This document shows positions 11,728-25,155 of a DNA stretch of 64,000 nt, piece after piece. The stretch covers positions 558,001 through 622,000 of the forward strand of contig JAUFOQ010000001.1 in the NCBI GenBank assembly GCA_040285855.1. Direction: 5' to 3'. Each line of letters opens with the position of its first letter. Positions within the stretch are counted from its first letter, which is position 1. A model generated the notes under the pieces. The model saw only the letters and a list, made by a program, of their open reading frames with translations. It was not told the DNA's origin and searched no databases. This stretch comes from Eukaryota sp. GEM-RC1 (Eukaryota). The translations under genes were made by a program, and so were the position numbers.

Positions 11728-14407
11728 ATGTGTTCGACTACGGTGCCGGATGCAGTCGAGGGGAGACACATGATGGTGGAGGATAGTAGGTTATCTTCCC
11801 CACAGACTTCTCATCAACCCTCGGGACCTGTTTCAAACAGGGCTTCTGGAGCAACGTTCCAAACGTCGACGCAGATGATGCGACAATTTGACAAAGATTG
11901 TGAAGGACTCAGCCGAGAGGAGCAAGTTCAACTTTTCTGGGATAGAAAAGACGCCTTCATGGAAGCTCATGAACAACAACAGAAGTACATAGCCGAACTA
12001 GAAGCCGAAATCAAAGAATCCACTGACGAACAACTCCGCCTGCAACTGGAAAGAGATGCCCTTGTAGCCCTAATTGAAGACGAAATAGAAGACCAGGAAT
12101 TCCATGATCATTTGAGAGGAAATGGTCTCTTCATTGACGAGGATGGACACATGTGTCAATTGCCATCCACCGACTCAGATGATGAATTTCGCATCTTTAT
12201 GACTGATGTACCGGATCATATAGATCTCAGTAGTTCTGATGAGTCTCCCATCGTCATCGTAGATGATGAACATTCCCAATGCTTGAAGACCTGCCATCGA
12301 TCGAAGCGATCGGTGCTAGCTATCGTCTTTTTCCGCATTTAATTCGTGACACCGCTGAATTCCTAAAAATCACGAACTCCGCCTCTACCTCTGCTATAAT
12401 TTCAGTATCTTCAGCAGACGAAGATGACCTGTACGAGCAATTTCTCGGACAATCGCCCAAGGATACTCGGCTCTTTGACAACCTGGGCAACGAACTACCT
12501 GGCCCCTGGAACCCTCCAATTAATATTAACATTAAGCCTAGAACCGACATTCCCTTAGCTCCTCCGAACTTTGACCATGTAGGTATTCACGACAACGCTG
12601 GATACTACAGCCCTTGTATTGACCCCGTCCACCCTGACGAAGGCCCCTTCGACATCATGATTGCCACTCTTGATGACTCCCGAGCTGTTGAATCAGAAAT
12701 CGACGAGGACAACCTGTTCGCCGAACGGTTAACTATTGACCCCTTGTCCCACAACCCCCTGAGTAGTTCCGACAGTGATCTCCCCGAAGACTCCTCTTGG
12801 ACACAGATCCCCGACCCCAACCATGTGTTCAACGACTGGTTGAAACTACTATCCCAAGAACAAGAACATGCAACTAAAAATAACGACATCACCATGACCA
12901 CCGACACAGAGCTTATCACCATGACCGCCAATGATAAAGATTATGTGCTCACTTGGAACCATAGGAAGAAGAAGTTTGTAATCCCTGACTCCTTGAAACG
13001 ACACTTGCTTCTAACTATCCACGGATCCACCAGAGCAGGACACCCATCCAAGAAAGACTCTGTCTCTGCTTTATTGAGAAGTGACTACTGGTGGCCTAAC
13101 TACCTTTACGATATGAAGTTCCACGTAAAGAATTGTATTCCATGCCAAAAGACCGCTCCTGCCCCGGAACTGAAGCTTCCTTCCTCTGGAAACCTATGGT
13201 CAGACCGTCCTTTCCAATGCCTACATGCCGACGTAATTGGTCCTCTCGCCCCAGATTCTGAAGATTACAAATACATCTTAGTATTTGTGTGCTCTTTCTC
13301 CAGGTTTTCTATTCTTGTACCCCTGAAAATCCTCAATGCACAAGAAGTTGCTTACTCCATTCTTTGGAACGTAGTTGGAAACTATGGGATCCCTTCACAA
13401 ATCCTGAGCGACAATGGCCCTGAGTTCGCTAATGCCGTCAACAAAAGCTTATGTTTATTTCTAAACATCGAGAAAAAATTCTCAACCCCCTACTTCCATC
13501 AATCAAATGGTCTAGTAGAAAGAAGACACCGCGAAGTACTGCAAACCCTCCGCCGACTGCTAATTGATCTCCAAGCCCACTCTAACTGGAGCACATACAT
13601 ACCCATCACCCAACTGATCCTGAACACCAGAACCAGTTCAATTACTAATTTCACTCCCTTCGAGCTTATCTTTGGTTCGAAAACTGACCCTAGACAACTC
13701 CCTCTCCAAGTAATCCAGAATTGTACTCTGGATGATCACTTACCGCAGAACTCATATGTTGATGCCTTGAAACAGAAAACTTCAACCATCTTAAACAAGT
13801 GGAAAGAGGCAGAAAACTCCTCCAACCTCAAGAAAAGATCACTCTCATCCAGGAACTCCGTAACAAAAAGCTCATAGATGACATCCAGCAAGGAGACTTC
13901 GTCTTGAAGCTCAGCGAACATCCCTCGAAGACCCATGGGAAGTGGACTGGTCCATACCTAGTCGAGGATGTCTGCTATCACCCCTCTAATTGCCTCATCC
14001 GTAACCTTATCACAGGTATCTCAGTAAGATGCTCCCTCTATCACGTCAAGAAGTGTCACACGAACCACTCCGAGAACGTGCTACAAGCCTATGCTGCTAC
14101 TGATTCAGAAGAAGTTGTGATTGACAAGCTCATTGATCACGACTTGACCTCCCCGCAAGACACTAAGTACCTAGTCCGCTGGCTGGATGGTACTACCACC
14201 TGGGAAGGCCGCTCAGTAGAGAACACCGCCGCCTACTATGCTTACCGCAGGAAGTACATTGATGAACCTCCTCAAGCTAGAGGTCTCGCAACTGCCCGTG
14301 CTAACTCTAAACTAGACGCTGCTTGGAAAGCCCAACACCACAAGTCCGCCCCTGTTGTAGCCCGCTACCAGCACCGTATGAAAACAAGAAATCGTACATC
14401 CCACTAG
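11728..14407 (+). pseudogene. Gypsy Pol B 3' module: unknown acidic/coiled-coil domain, integrase 2 and chromodomain
   Basis: MCSTTVPDAVEG..., then IHGSTRAGHP..CIPCQ, HADVIG/SDNG/VERRHR, GKWTGPY and the chromodomain VIDKLIDH..YLVRWLDGTTTWE. Small indels near 12275 and 13860 relative to the copy at 44987-47666. Confidence 0.9.
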
Positions 14408-14448
14408 TTTATTTTTAATATGAATTACCCAATAAGAAGAAAAGGCAG

Positions 14449-14577
14449 TGTTGTAGTTGTAGATTTGTGTAATTTCATATTAGGTTTTTATCTTCCCCCT
14501 TACATCTATAGAGGTTCTTCTCCTTATAAAGGTTCTCCTCTTTAAGTATGTATCATTTTAGTGCACAAAGACCAACA
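14449..14577 (+). repeat. 3' LTR of gypsy family B (129 bp)
   Basis: TGTTG...CAACA termini, preceded by polypurine tract AATAAGAAGAAAAGGCAG. Homologous to 47708, 60571 and 63371. Confidence 0.88.
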
Positions 14578-15357
14578 TATGATCCAAATTCTTGATCATT
14601 TTTTAACAAATTTCTCAAAATCAAATAGCCATCCCTAAAGTGCAAAAACAAATTCTAGATTATTTGTGCTTTGATCTGTATATGAGATATCAGAGAAGAG
14701 ATTATATTTCGTTTAATTTACTTTCCCTAACGATATCAACTACCTACAAGCTACCACTAGTAAACTAAATGAGTGACAAACTCACCAAGTTGAAACAACT
14801 CATCAATGACTTTGCTGACTCAGATATAAGTTATCAGATTCCAGACCATCGTTTTGTCTCCCATGGCCCATAACGTATCGTCTTGTTTCTTGTCTTATGC
14901 TAGTAACCTATCTGATTTTTTCCGAAATCTAGTCATCGTTGGCTATTCCAATAACTACATAAATTCTCTACCGCTTTTCAAACGTCCACATATCTTGATA
15001 CACGTATACCATCTACTTTATATATCATCAAAGTTCTGTCCTTTTGTTCTCCAATACTTGACCCATTTCTCCATAGCTTATCCAATTCCACTCTCTTCCC
15101 ATCTTCCCTTTGATGTCATTTTATACGATCCATGTCTTCGCTGCTCTCTAGCTGCAGATCAAGTTCCAAACCCTGATTTAATTCAGTTGGTTTCTGTGCT
15201 TACTCTTTCCCAATCAGAAAGTGACTTGGTCAGATCTCTTTTCAATGACTATAATCTGGCTAAACTCACTGAGCTCTCGTTGATTTGTAGCTCAATCACT
15301 GTCACGAACATTCCTAATTCGGTACAAATGCTTCGAGTTAGTAATGACGTTGTTGTC

Positions 15358-16500
15358 TCACAATTTCTGCCAAATTTTCCCGGAAAAACAGACCTGAAGC
15401 ATAGCAAAGGAAACATGTTTGTTCACATCTAAAGATAATATTTGATTTAGTTTTTCTTCAATTGTAGTTAATGAACTCTCCAATTCTGAATGAAGTTCCT
15501 CATAATTGCCCAAAAATGTGCCAAGAAAACGAAAACATTGAGAAAAATAATCGATGATAGGAATATTACAAAAACCAAGATTAGAAACATTCGAAGACTT
15601 AACAAAAAGAAAACACTTATCAAAATTAATTGTTAAACCAATACTCAAAGAAAGTTCAATGAAACGTGAAAAACACTTTTTGAGAACGTCAACTGGAGCG
15701 ATCAGCGAAAAATCATCAGCATAAGCACCAATTTTAACAGTTGGAAATTCTAATTGTAAGATTTTAAATAATTTTTGCAGAGCGAGACAAAACAAAAAAG
15801 GACCCAAAGGATCACCTTGCTTAACCCCTCTAGTTGATTTAATATCAAACTTATCATAAATTAAATTCGACGATTTACCATAAAAAATATTAAAATATGG
15901 AATCACCTGAGGAAAAAATTCAGAAAGTTCGTCAGATATAGTTGATCTTAAAACACAATTAAATGCATTTTTAAAATCAATGTTCAAAATGGCATTTTCC
16001 TCATTTGAATGAAAAAGAAAATCAGAGGTTAAAGCAGCACACGTGGTACCATCATGAACTCCAACTGCAAATTGAAACGGTTTAAAGAATTCAACAGAGG
16101 AATCTCTGACTCTCCTAAAGCACAAAGTTGAAAAAATACGAGAAATTGTTTCACCCACTGCAATTGGTCTAACACCACCATTTGGTTTGTTGAAAGCCAC
16201 TAATCCAGAAGAGCAAAGAGCATGAGATAATTTCTTAGTGCCTAATAAAACATCATGAAAGAAAACAGCAAGATCTTCACAAATTTCAGGAACAGCATTA
16301 ACGCCAATTTTAAAATGATCGAAACTCATACCAGAAGGACCAGCAGCACGACCAAAAGGGGATGACGTAATTAATTGCAAAATTTCATCAACTAAAACAT
16401 TCCAGTACGACATGGAAAGCTCACCAAAAACCGGATTTCCTGAAAATTCTTCAACAGGGTGTAGATTTTTCAGTTTTTCAACAGTTTCAACAAAAACTTT
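15358..16500 (-). mobile_element. Non-LTR retrotransposon RT fragment (CRE/R2-like, RLE type)
   Basis: AAGPSG, KPNGGVRPIAVGE, IDFKNAFN, GVKQGDPLGPFLF, YADD and FLG motifs. Truncated at both ends. Confidence 0.88.
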
Positions 16501-16596
16501 ACTAACTTTACTTTTACAAGTATGTTTTTATCTAATGTTATATCTTTAGGAATAATAAAAGTATTTTCAATAAAATAAACTCACAGAATTCAAGTA

Positions 16597-16767
16597 CAGT
16601 CTACCCTCCCAATATGACCACCCTCCGATTAAGTCCACCCTCCCATCATGACCAAATGTTCACAATCCGACTTTTTGTCTTCCCTTAACCGATTCTCTTA
16701 CTCCAAATAAACATGTTTCCTTTTTCGTGACTGGTACAACACCTGGTCATATTGGGAGGGTAGACTG
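16597..16767. mobile_element. Tc1/mariner-type MITE (171 bp)
   Basis: Perfect 24-bp TIR CAGTCTACCCTCCCAATATGACCA flanked by TA on both sides. Confidence 0.9.
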
Positions 16768-18258
16768 TATAATAAAGGTCTTGGAATAATAATAATGAAT
16801 TTTGTTTACAAGCTTTAAAATTAAAATGTTTTTTAACAATCGCTTGCCGATTTTCTTTAAAGTATCCTATTTAGCAATTGATTGTTGATTAAGATACAAT
16901 AAATTAGCATATTCTTTAATCTTCAGCTCAAGTTATTCGTCAATTTTCACTTCATCATCATCTTCTTGCTCACGTGCTTGTTTTCGAACACGAAAAGGAC
17001 GTGTCTAGAAACGAACAGCATATGTCTGTCGGGGTTGCAAGCTGTTCATCCTGCCACATAACCAATATTGTTCTTTCTTCTTCAGTCCATCTATTCATCT
17101 TGATTTATTCTTCTTTTGACTCTCATCAGTAGGCTACATACATTTAAACCTGTTTTGGAGTGTCTGTGTATCAAATACAAGGAGATGAATGGTTTTATAC
17201 ATTTAATCTAATGAGCGAATATGGTAATAGTCTTATACAAGAGTAGCTTCATCTCTCTTAGGTGGAAAATTGTATCTACCGTTTGAGATATTCTAGAGCT
17301 TCACCGGAAGCTTTAAGGAAGGCCAGGCTTGGAGATGCGGATTGACCCTAACAATATCGGCTTCAGCATAAGCCACATGGTTGCCTGATGTTTCTTGTCT
17401 GTTATCGACTGATAGACATCAATTTTCTCAAGGAAAGTTTTCCATATCGTTCCTTGTGAAGGAACTTTCTCAAATCAGGATTTGTTCATGCTTTGTGTTT
17501 CTACAAGCAACGGCTTCGACCAGCTCGAGGACCGAAGTGTAAATTGAGAGGCTGAGATTCGCGGTAAACTTAAAACAACCTTGTATTCAAGTAGTAGTAT
17601 TGTTTAGTTTATTGATTGGTTTTAACATTCTTATAATTAGGATAATTGTCAATTATATTCATTTCCCAAATCAACAATCGACACATATACTCAATTAAAT
17701 GGTATTCAAAATGAAATGAAAAATTGATGGAGGTTTTACGATATACTGACACTCTTACGACAAGCTACCTTTACATCCAAAACACTACAGTGTACAGTGA
17801 AAAGCAGATGGGTGTATATAGAAACCCTCCGTTTATGCTCTTAATCGTTTCACCATCTACACCGCTATAGAATTGGCAACAGGAGAGAAAGAAATAATGA
17901 AGACCAATTCGAAATACACATGGTTTCGTAATTGTAGTAATCAAACGATTTAGTAGTCTGGCTGTTAATTGATGGATGAATGTGGATGTGGCTGAAAAAC
18001 TTGAGATCCACGTGGGTGGTAGCTTTACGAAAACTCATCCACAATCATCGAGGGATGACTATGTAGATTACTTACTTGAAAAATTGGTTTAACGATTAAT
18101 ACAGTTCTTTATAAACTTTGTACCTCATTAATTATCGCTATCTGTTTTACAAGATGTTTAGGGTTTGAAGTGCATGTATGTGAGCAACTTTCATAAAAGG
18201 ATGACGCATATTTCTTAGAGCTTTATGAAGAAATTCTCTAAAAGAAAAAGTCAGAGTC

Positions 18259-19469
18259 ATGTCCGATTCTTCTTGGGATGAACTTGAGCTTCCCCAACCT
18301 CTTCTCAACTCCATTTCTGCACTAAAGTGGGAAAAACCGACTCCTATTCAAGCTAAAGTTATCCTCATTCATGATGACAAAGATGTCATTGGCCTAGCAG
18401 AAACTGGTTCTGGAAAAACCGCTGCTTTCGTCATTCCCATGCTCCGATCTCTTCTCAAATCTCCTAGACCTTTTTTCGGTGTTATCATAGCACCTACCCG
18501 TGAAATTGCTCTTCAAATAGGTGAAACACTTCGCGCAATTGGCGGACCTTTTTCTGTTCGTCAAGCTGTTCTGGTTGGAGGAATTGACATGATGACTCAA
18601 GCCTTGAGTCTTTCCAAGAATCCCCACATAATCGTGGCAACCCCTGGTCGTCTTACTGACCATCTGAATGCTACTAAAGGCTTCAGTCTATCTCGGGCTG
18701 GATATTTCATTCTAGATGAAGCAGATCGTTTTTTAGATTCCTTTTTGAAGAAGAATTACACACAATCATTAAAACTCTCCCAGCCAATCGTAGAACTCTT
18801 CTATTCAGTGCAACGATGACTAGGAAGGTGGAGAAACTCCAACGAGCTTCATGCACTCAATCTGTGGAGAGAATAGAAGTTTCAAGGAAGGGGGAAACTG
18901 TTAAGACTTTGTCACAATCTTTTGTCTTTTGTCCTGCTAGGTATAAGGATACTTACCTTAATTTAGCGCTAATTAAATTGTCTGGAAACTCTATTATTAT
19001 TTTTGCAGCCACTTGTGTCGCGGTGAAGCGTTTAACTTTTTTATTACGAAACTTGGGTTATTCGGCAATACCAATTCATGATCAATTATCTCAAACCGAA
19101 AGATTAGGTGCTTTAAATAAGTTTAAAAGTGGAACTGAAGCTATTCTAGTCGCTACTGACGTGGCATCACGTGGACTTGACATTCCTTCTGTTGACATTG
19201 TTATTAACTATGACATCCCTAACAGTAGTAAAGATTATTTTCATCGAGTAAGCCTAACAGCTAGAGCTGGTAGGAATGGTAAGGCAATCTCTCTGGTAAC
19301 GCAGTATGACATTGAGTTGTTTCAAAGGATGGAGGGGTTTATTGGAGGTGGGGAAGAATACAAAATGGACCAATACCAGTTAGACAAGGAGGAAGCTCTA
19401 GTGTTGTTAGAGAGAGTTTCTGAAGCGGGTAGGTTGGCAGCTGTTCAGATGAAGACCGATACTGAATGA
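18259..19469 (+). pseudogene. RRP3: DEAD-box RNA helicase RRP3/DDX47 homolog, frameshifted, with an altered motif VI
   Basis: PTPIQ, GLAETGSGKT, PTRE, VGGIDMMTQ, ATPGRL, DEAD, SAT (shifted frame), IPSVDIVINYDIP..SKDY. Frameshift in a T-run near 18745. HRVSLTARAGR replaces HRVGRTARAGR. Confidence 0.85.
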
Positions 19470-19711
19470 AAGCAAAACGAAATTACCATGGTTGATAACT
19501 ATTCGTAAGTTTCAAGTTGTAACGAGACATGTGAATTTAGAAACACAAAGCGAAACATTTCCGAATTAAACAGTTGATGAAATAAGGTTACAACAGGATG
19601 TACCTGAGTTCAAAAAGTAAGAAATCTTTATAATTATTAACATTACAATTCAAAGTGGCTCCCATTAAAGATCTACAGAAGGCAACTACAGAAACTTATT
19701 TGTCGGCTCGA

Positions 19712-19860
19712 TCAAAAATGATTAAATTCTCTCAAACTAAGAAACATTCTAGTAAGTGGGGATAGAAAGAGAGTTGGTGGTGGTGGTGATGGCCTGAGAA
19801 ATATCTTGGGAAAAGATCGACATCCAAATTTGTATACTTGAAGCTTTTCATTTCTGAAAA
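19712..19860 (+). pseudogene. Fragment of the BTB-SPRY family SPRY domain
   Basis: MIKFSQTKKHS..GDRKRVGGGGDGLRNILGKD matches the SPRY start at 24240 (minus) and 31142. Confidence 0.75.
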
Positions 19861-20096
19861 GTATGTGTATTTGACAACACTAAAACCTACTAATACATAT
19901 GAAATGAATGAACGGCTAGCTTAATCATTGATGAACCCGGCTTAAGACCTGTAAAGTTCCACATCCAGATTTCTACTGACGACTTAGAACTGTTGTGTTT
20001 CTGCTTATCAAGATGGTGATAAAGTGTTTATAGAGTTCAATAAATATTGGTACAATGTTAATGTTGATATATCTTGAGAACAAAACGGATCGAACA

Positions 20097-21621
20097 ATGC
20101 GGGTCAGACTTCTAAACAGCAAGTTACGTGAAGTTCGTGAATGTACGCATTTACATGACCAATCCAACAACTTCCAACCTCAATGATTCTGCTCAAGAGC
20201 AAGGTTCTGCTAAACCGAAGAACCAGCTTGATCACCTACAGTTCTTAGCGAATCCCTTCGTGTCTAAGGCCTCTAAACGAGACTCAGAAAAGTTCTCCAA
20301 ATTACCGCCTTCTGACGGCGGGTGTATCATGAATCTGACACTTCACAACTCGAAACCTTCTACTTCTCGTCTTCCACCCTCTCCTCACTCTACCACAGAA
20401 AGTCCTTACAGTAGAAAAAAGTGTCTACAATTTCAGCAATCTCTGTTGGTTTTGATTCATCTTCACTTGTTGCAACGACTTTTAAAGACCTCTACCAAGG
20501 TGATTATTGGTCGTTGTACTCTTTTTATCGTTATGGTGGTCCTTTCCGCCATTTAAAGGAAAATCTACCGACTTTCTTCAAGAACGTGGGCTTTGTAAGC
20601 AATCTCTTCTTTGAATCTGCTCTACTTGCAGTCAAGGTGTTGTTCCAAACAAACACGTTTCCAATCGTTTTAGAAGACTTGTCTCAACTTTCTTTATTGT
20701 CTTCATTCTATGGGGCAGATCTATCGTCTGTATACATGCACGTTTTAACTGATTCTTTTGATGTTGAAGAATTTAATAATTATTCTCACATAATTTCAGG
20801 TTTGGAATTTGAGTTAAAGAACCACGATGGTTTGGATTTTCTTTACAAATGTTCTGAATTTTTCCCTCGTCTTGAGAAACTTCACGTTACTGTTCATGCT
20901 ACTGTTTTTATGGAATTTATTGATGTGTTAAACGTTAATGACATCATGACAAGTGTTACTGTAAGACCATTGTCCATTGGACCTCAAGGTGCTGTCGCAC
21001 TGGCAGATGTTTTAGGAACCAATTCTACATTGACCAGTCTTGATCTTAGTGATAACTTTATAGATGTTGAAGGTGCCATCGCACTGGCAAATACCTTAAA
21101 AGTCAATACATCTATTACAAGTATTAATCTGAGCCGCAACTCAATTAGAGATGAAGGTGCTAGAGCAATAGCAGATGCATTAAAAACCAATTCTACTTTG
21201 ACCAGTATTGATCTTAGTAACAACTCTATAGATGTTGAAGGTGCCATCGCACTGGCAGATGCCTTAACAGTCAATACATCTATTACAAGTATTAATCTGA
21301 GCCGCAACTCAATTAGAGATGAAGGTGCTAGAGCAATGGCAGATGTTCTAAAAGTCAATGTTAATGTGACAAAAATTAATCTGGGGCGCAACTGTATCAA
21401 AAAAAAACGGCTAAAACATTGCCAGTTACAATTAAAGACCTGAAACGCAACCCACTTCCCACTGCCAAACCTGTGACCGTGTGTCAACCGAGTGTGCAAC
21501 CAATAACAGATTCACAACAACGTCTGTTTGGGATTAATTTTTGTACTATATTAGTTCTGATCGATGTTTTTATTTTTTGTATTTCATGTTATTGAAACGA
21601 TATGTTAACCATTATCCCTAA
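20097..21621 (+). pseudogene. RNI-type LRR protein (NLRC3/RanGAP-like 28-aa repeats) with family N-domain and C-terminal TM, frameshifted
   Basis: FQQSLLVLIHLHLL N-domain. Repeats of the form LxxNxxxTSIxLSxNxIxxEGAxAxAxAL. 3' part homologous to the TM tail of 29008..30309. Frameshifts near 20130, 20525 and in the A-run at ~21400. Confidence 0.8.
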
Positions 21622-22089
21622 TAAATCAACAAAGAACACAACTTTATTTCTAAAGTACATTTTACTTTGCACAAACTTTCACAACGAGGTTCAACTTACA
21701 CTGAATTTCGGGGAGTGAAGTTTGTAGTCTTCATTCGTCTTAATATTATTTTTCTTTTGAAATGATAAAATCCATTTTGTAGTGTTCAACTTCATTTCGA
21801 TATAATCAATTATGAGAACTTGATATGATATAGGAAGTGTCTAGAATTCTATCAGCCTAACCAAAATTAGTTTGACGCTAATAACACAGTATTTGTTTAC
21901 GTACCCTAGTTAAAAGTGAATACTACGGTACCCAGTATTGATCAAGACACAACTTGATCCTCCGTCATTAAGATTGAAAATCAGACCGAAACCATGCTGA
22001 CACCATTGATCAGTTCATTAAAGTGTTTCATATATACTTTTTTAATTTACACATATTTTAGCCAGCCTGTGTGCAGCTGGAAATACTTC

Positions 22090-22365
22090 TAATGTACACC
22101 AGACGACTGGTTCGGCTGGCCGCTTTCCACCTCCAGGTAATGGATGTTTCTAATAGCTCTGCTTCATGTCTGATTACTCAAATGCCTCGAATTTACGGTT
22201 TTTCTCTTGATGATAACACTTGGTCATTAAACATGCGTTTGCGGTCATATATGTGGACTGATAAACTTCCACGTAATTTGAAATCTCAATGTGGGCAATC
22301 TGTACACCTGCACATTTATTGAATGGTAAGCGTTGTATTTCTGTTAAATCAACGGTTCATGATTT
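22090..22365 (+). mobile_element. Non-LTR (CRE-like) C-terminal zinc-finger region remnant
   Basis: RLRSYMW..LPRNLKSQCGQ...H resembles the remnant at 32600-32800. Confidence 0.45.
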
Positions 22366-23761
22366 TGCCAATTTAAAGCTAATCTGGATCAAAATGGACA
22401 GGTGATGTTGCTTTTCAGAATGTTGAAATACGATGTATATCTGACAAAGTATAACCAGTAGGTTGCACATCTGTAAGTGAAGCATTAAGATCAGTTATAG
22501 CGCCAATTCCATCTACAAGATATTTTGCAAAGTATTCCTTCAATTTTTGATCTCATTCAACGAAGTTCAAGTTCAAGTTCAAGTTCTTTAAAATTTTAAA
22601 CAGGAAACAAGGCTCCAACACTTTGATTGATCGTCTCTATACGCCGTTTGTTAAACCAATTTTTACTTAAAGATTTACCGCTATGACGCATAGCTGTACA
22701 GAAAGGAATAGGAGACAGATAGGTCGACAGTTGACCTAGCAACTAAAATGTTCGGTCAGAAAGTACATGATCGATGGTGTTTTCGTACACACGAGTGCCC
22801 AAAGTGATCAAATTATGTTCATTTGTGTTTACAATAGTTTTACAGATTGGTTACAAAGGTGAAACTACTTACTAAAAGAGTGAAACTCTTACACCCTTTG
22901 AAGACCTCATACACAACTGAACAACAATATCATGAGCCAGTTTTGACATCTCTTTGACATTCTATCACCAACATGATCTTGAAAACAATCTTCCTATATG
23001 TTGTCAAAATCTTTGGACAAGACGAACTGACGTAAGAATTCACGGGAAAGTATATTCCTCCTTAATATCAGAGAAAGATGTTAATGAAACAGATCCAACA
23101 CTGAATGATGACGTTAGTTATGTTGATAAGTTGACTAACATCAATCTTCATCCTGCCACTTTTTATGTTGCTAAGAAAAGATCAAAATTGTTTGAGTTTT
23201 CTAATTAAGATTGTATTTTATTAGAAAAGATCAAGTTGTTGAGTGATGAGCGTCTTGGAAGAGCTTGAAACACCTAAGTTCAACTCAACTAGAAGAAGAG
23301 TCGAAGGGGGTTCTCAGAAGCAAATAAAGAATTTGAGTGAAGACTACTATAGTAGATAACCCATGTAGATGTGGAAAAGAGAATAGTCATGTCAACAAAT
23401 AAAAGATTAAAAAACGGAAAACTTACTAGTTTAATGTTAATTTGCCAAGATTTGTTTCAGTAGAATAATTTAGAAGATTTTACAACAAGACCACAACAAT
23501 AACACTATCAATACAATTTAGCCATGTTCTATATAGATTACAACGTACTGTCTTTGTTGATAAATTATTTGTTAAGAGCAATGTCTCTGTTGAAACTGTT
23601 AGTCTACAAGTGTAGATCTTCATTATAATCAAGTTGTTGATCACAGACGTGTTGGTGTCAAATGATATGTAATCTACTCGAATTTGTTTCAGAATTCATA
23701 TATTAATTTGAATCACTGCTTTAAATGAAGAGATTTACCAAAAATGACAATGATATTCACT

Positions 23762-24996
23762 TTATTCAACGATTTCAAGTTCATGATCACTGCGATATAA
23801 GTAAAAATATGGATAATAATTACCACTACTTAATCTTGGAAGAGTTTCAATAAAAGTAATTGAAGAATTACTCACGAATTTGATCGTTAAAGTGTGATTG
23901 ATGAGATCTGCACTGATTTCGAGTAATTCACCGGGATTCCACTGGGCAGTTGTTCCTATAAGACAACCAAAAACTTGACCATTACCATTATAAATACCGT
24001 GAGCATTCTCTACACAACTAACATCAACTCTAAACTTTCTCTCGTCAATGACTCCAACAAAAAGCATACTACTATCCCCCTGGTACCTCAACTTCCAAGT
24101 ATAAACATTACCTGGAAGAAGTGGATTTTCTCCCAAGATACATCTAGTCCCAAAACCACCACTTCCAATAACAACTCTCTTTCTATCCTCACTAACTTGT
24201 AACTGAGAATGTTTCCTAGTTTGAGAGAATCTAATCATTTTTGATTGATGAACTGATTGATTATCTGCAGCTAATTTCTTTAATTCTTCAATTTCATTCA
24301 TCAATTTTTCAATATCTGAAACCAAATTAGAATTTTCCTTGGACATAGAGTCCACACAACGATCTTTTACTCTTGTAAACAAAAACTGCATCAAATCGGC
24401 TTCAAGTTCTCCAACATCTTTTAAAGGAACAAACAACATTTGATTCCATTGTTCATAAGAAAAAACTTCAATTGAAAAGAATTCAAAACATTTACAAATT
24501 CATTCAAATCGAAACTGTGATTCAAAATTGATTCCACCATTGATTTGATGAACAACGATTGCGATTGAGTGGAAGTGCAATATTTGACAAGAGTTTTATA
24601 CCCTTCAGTGGTGATTGCTATCACGTCACCAATCAACAGTTCATCAATCTTAGAAAAGAAAGGACCAACGAATTAAAACTACTACCACCCCACTCTTACT
24701 ACAAACTACCTCCACCTGCACATCACCATATGATCCTAGTTCAAATCCATCAACTCTAGTATCTGAGACAATAGTGAAATGAAAAGGTCGTGAAACCTGT
24801 GAAGGAAGTGAAACCTTGTAGACATGAAGGCTTTGCTTTCGTTGAGGGTGAATGACTTTCCAAAGAAGGACTTGAGGAAAGCGAAGAAGTTGTTTACTTC
24901 GATGGATTCACCACCGAATGTAATGGTTTGGTTACATAGAGAGGATTCATTGAGAATGATGGAAAGAGTTTCTGTTGGGGGAAGAGAGAATGACAT
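23762..24996 (-). pseudogene. BTB/POZ, coiled coil and SPRY(B30.2)-like gene, disrupted in the BTB
   Basis: The N-terminus matches 30396 but has a deletion and an unrelated stretch at ~24676-24820. The SPRY-like domain is intact (VYTWKL, FVGV, WNPGELLEI, YYPYF). Confidence 0.78.
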
Positions 24997-25155
24997 TAGA
25001 AGCAACTAACAAAGGAGATAAGTAACTGAGACCAAAACGGGAGACCGATGATCTTGTGGCCTTTTAACAAAACTACATGTCTAATCCTGAACCTCCACTG
25101 AAGAGTAGTCGTTCATTTGATGATAATGTAACACTTACTAGCAGTTAAGTGTTCA

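Noticed and set aside
14769..15350. Coding-like plus-strand stretch abutting the non-LTR RT
   Set aside because: It is fragmentary with no recognisable motif, and the ORF's 3' end is only the antisense of the RT.
15358..16413. RT as a possible DGR-type enzyme serving the SPRY genes
   Set aside because: Its motifs (RPIAVGE, QGDPLGP, YADD) fit non-LTR CRE/R2-like RTs, it is truncated, and no template repeat is nearby.
20984..21499. Long antisense ORFs over LRR arrays (also 29159..29623, 38515..39180, 57065..57730)
   Set aside because: They are shadows of repetitive sense-strand LRR codons, with no independent evidence of coding.
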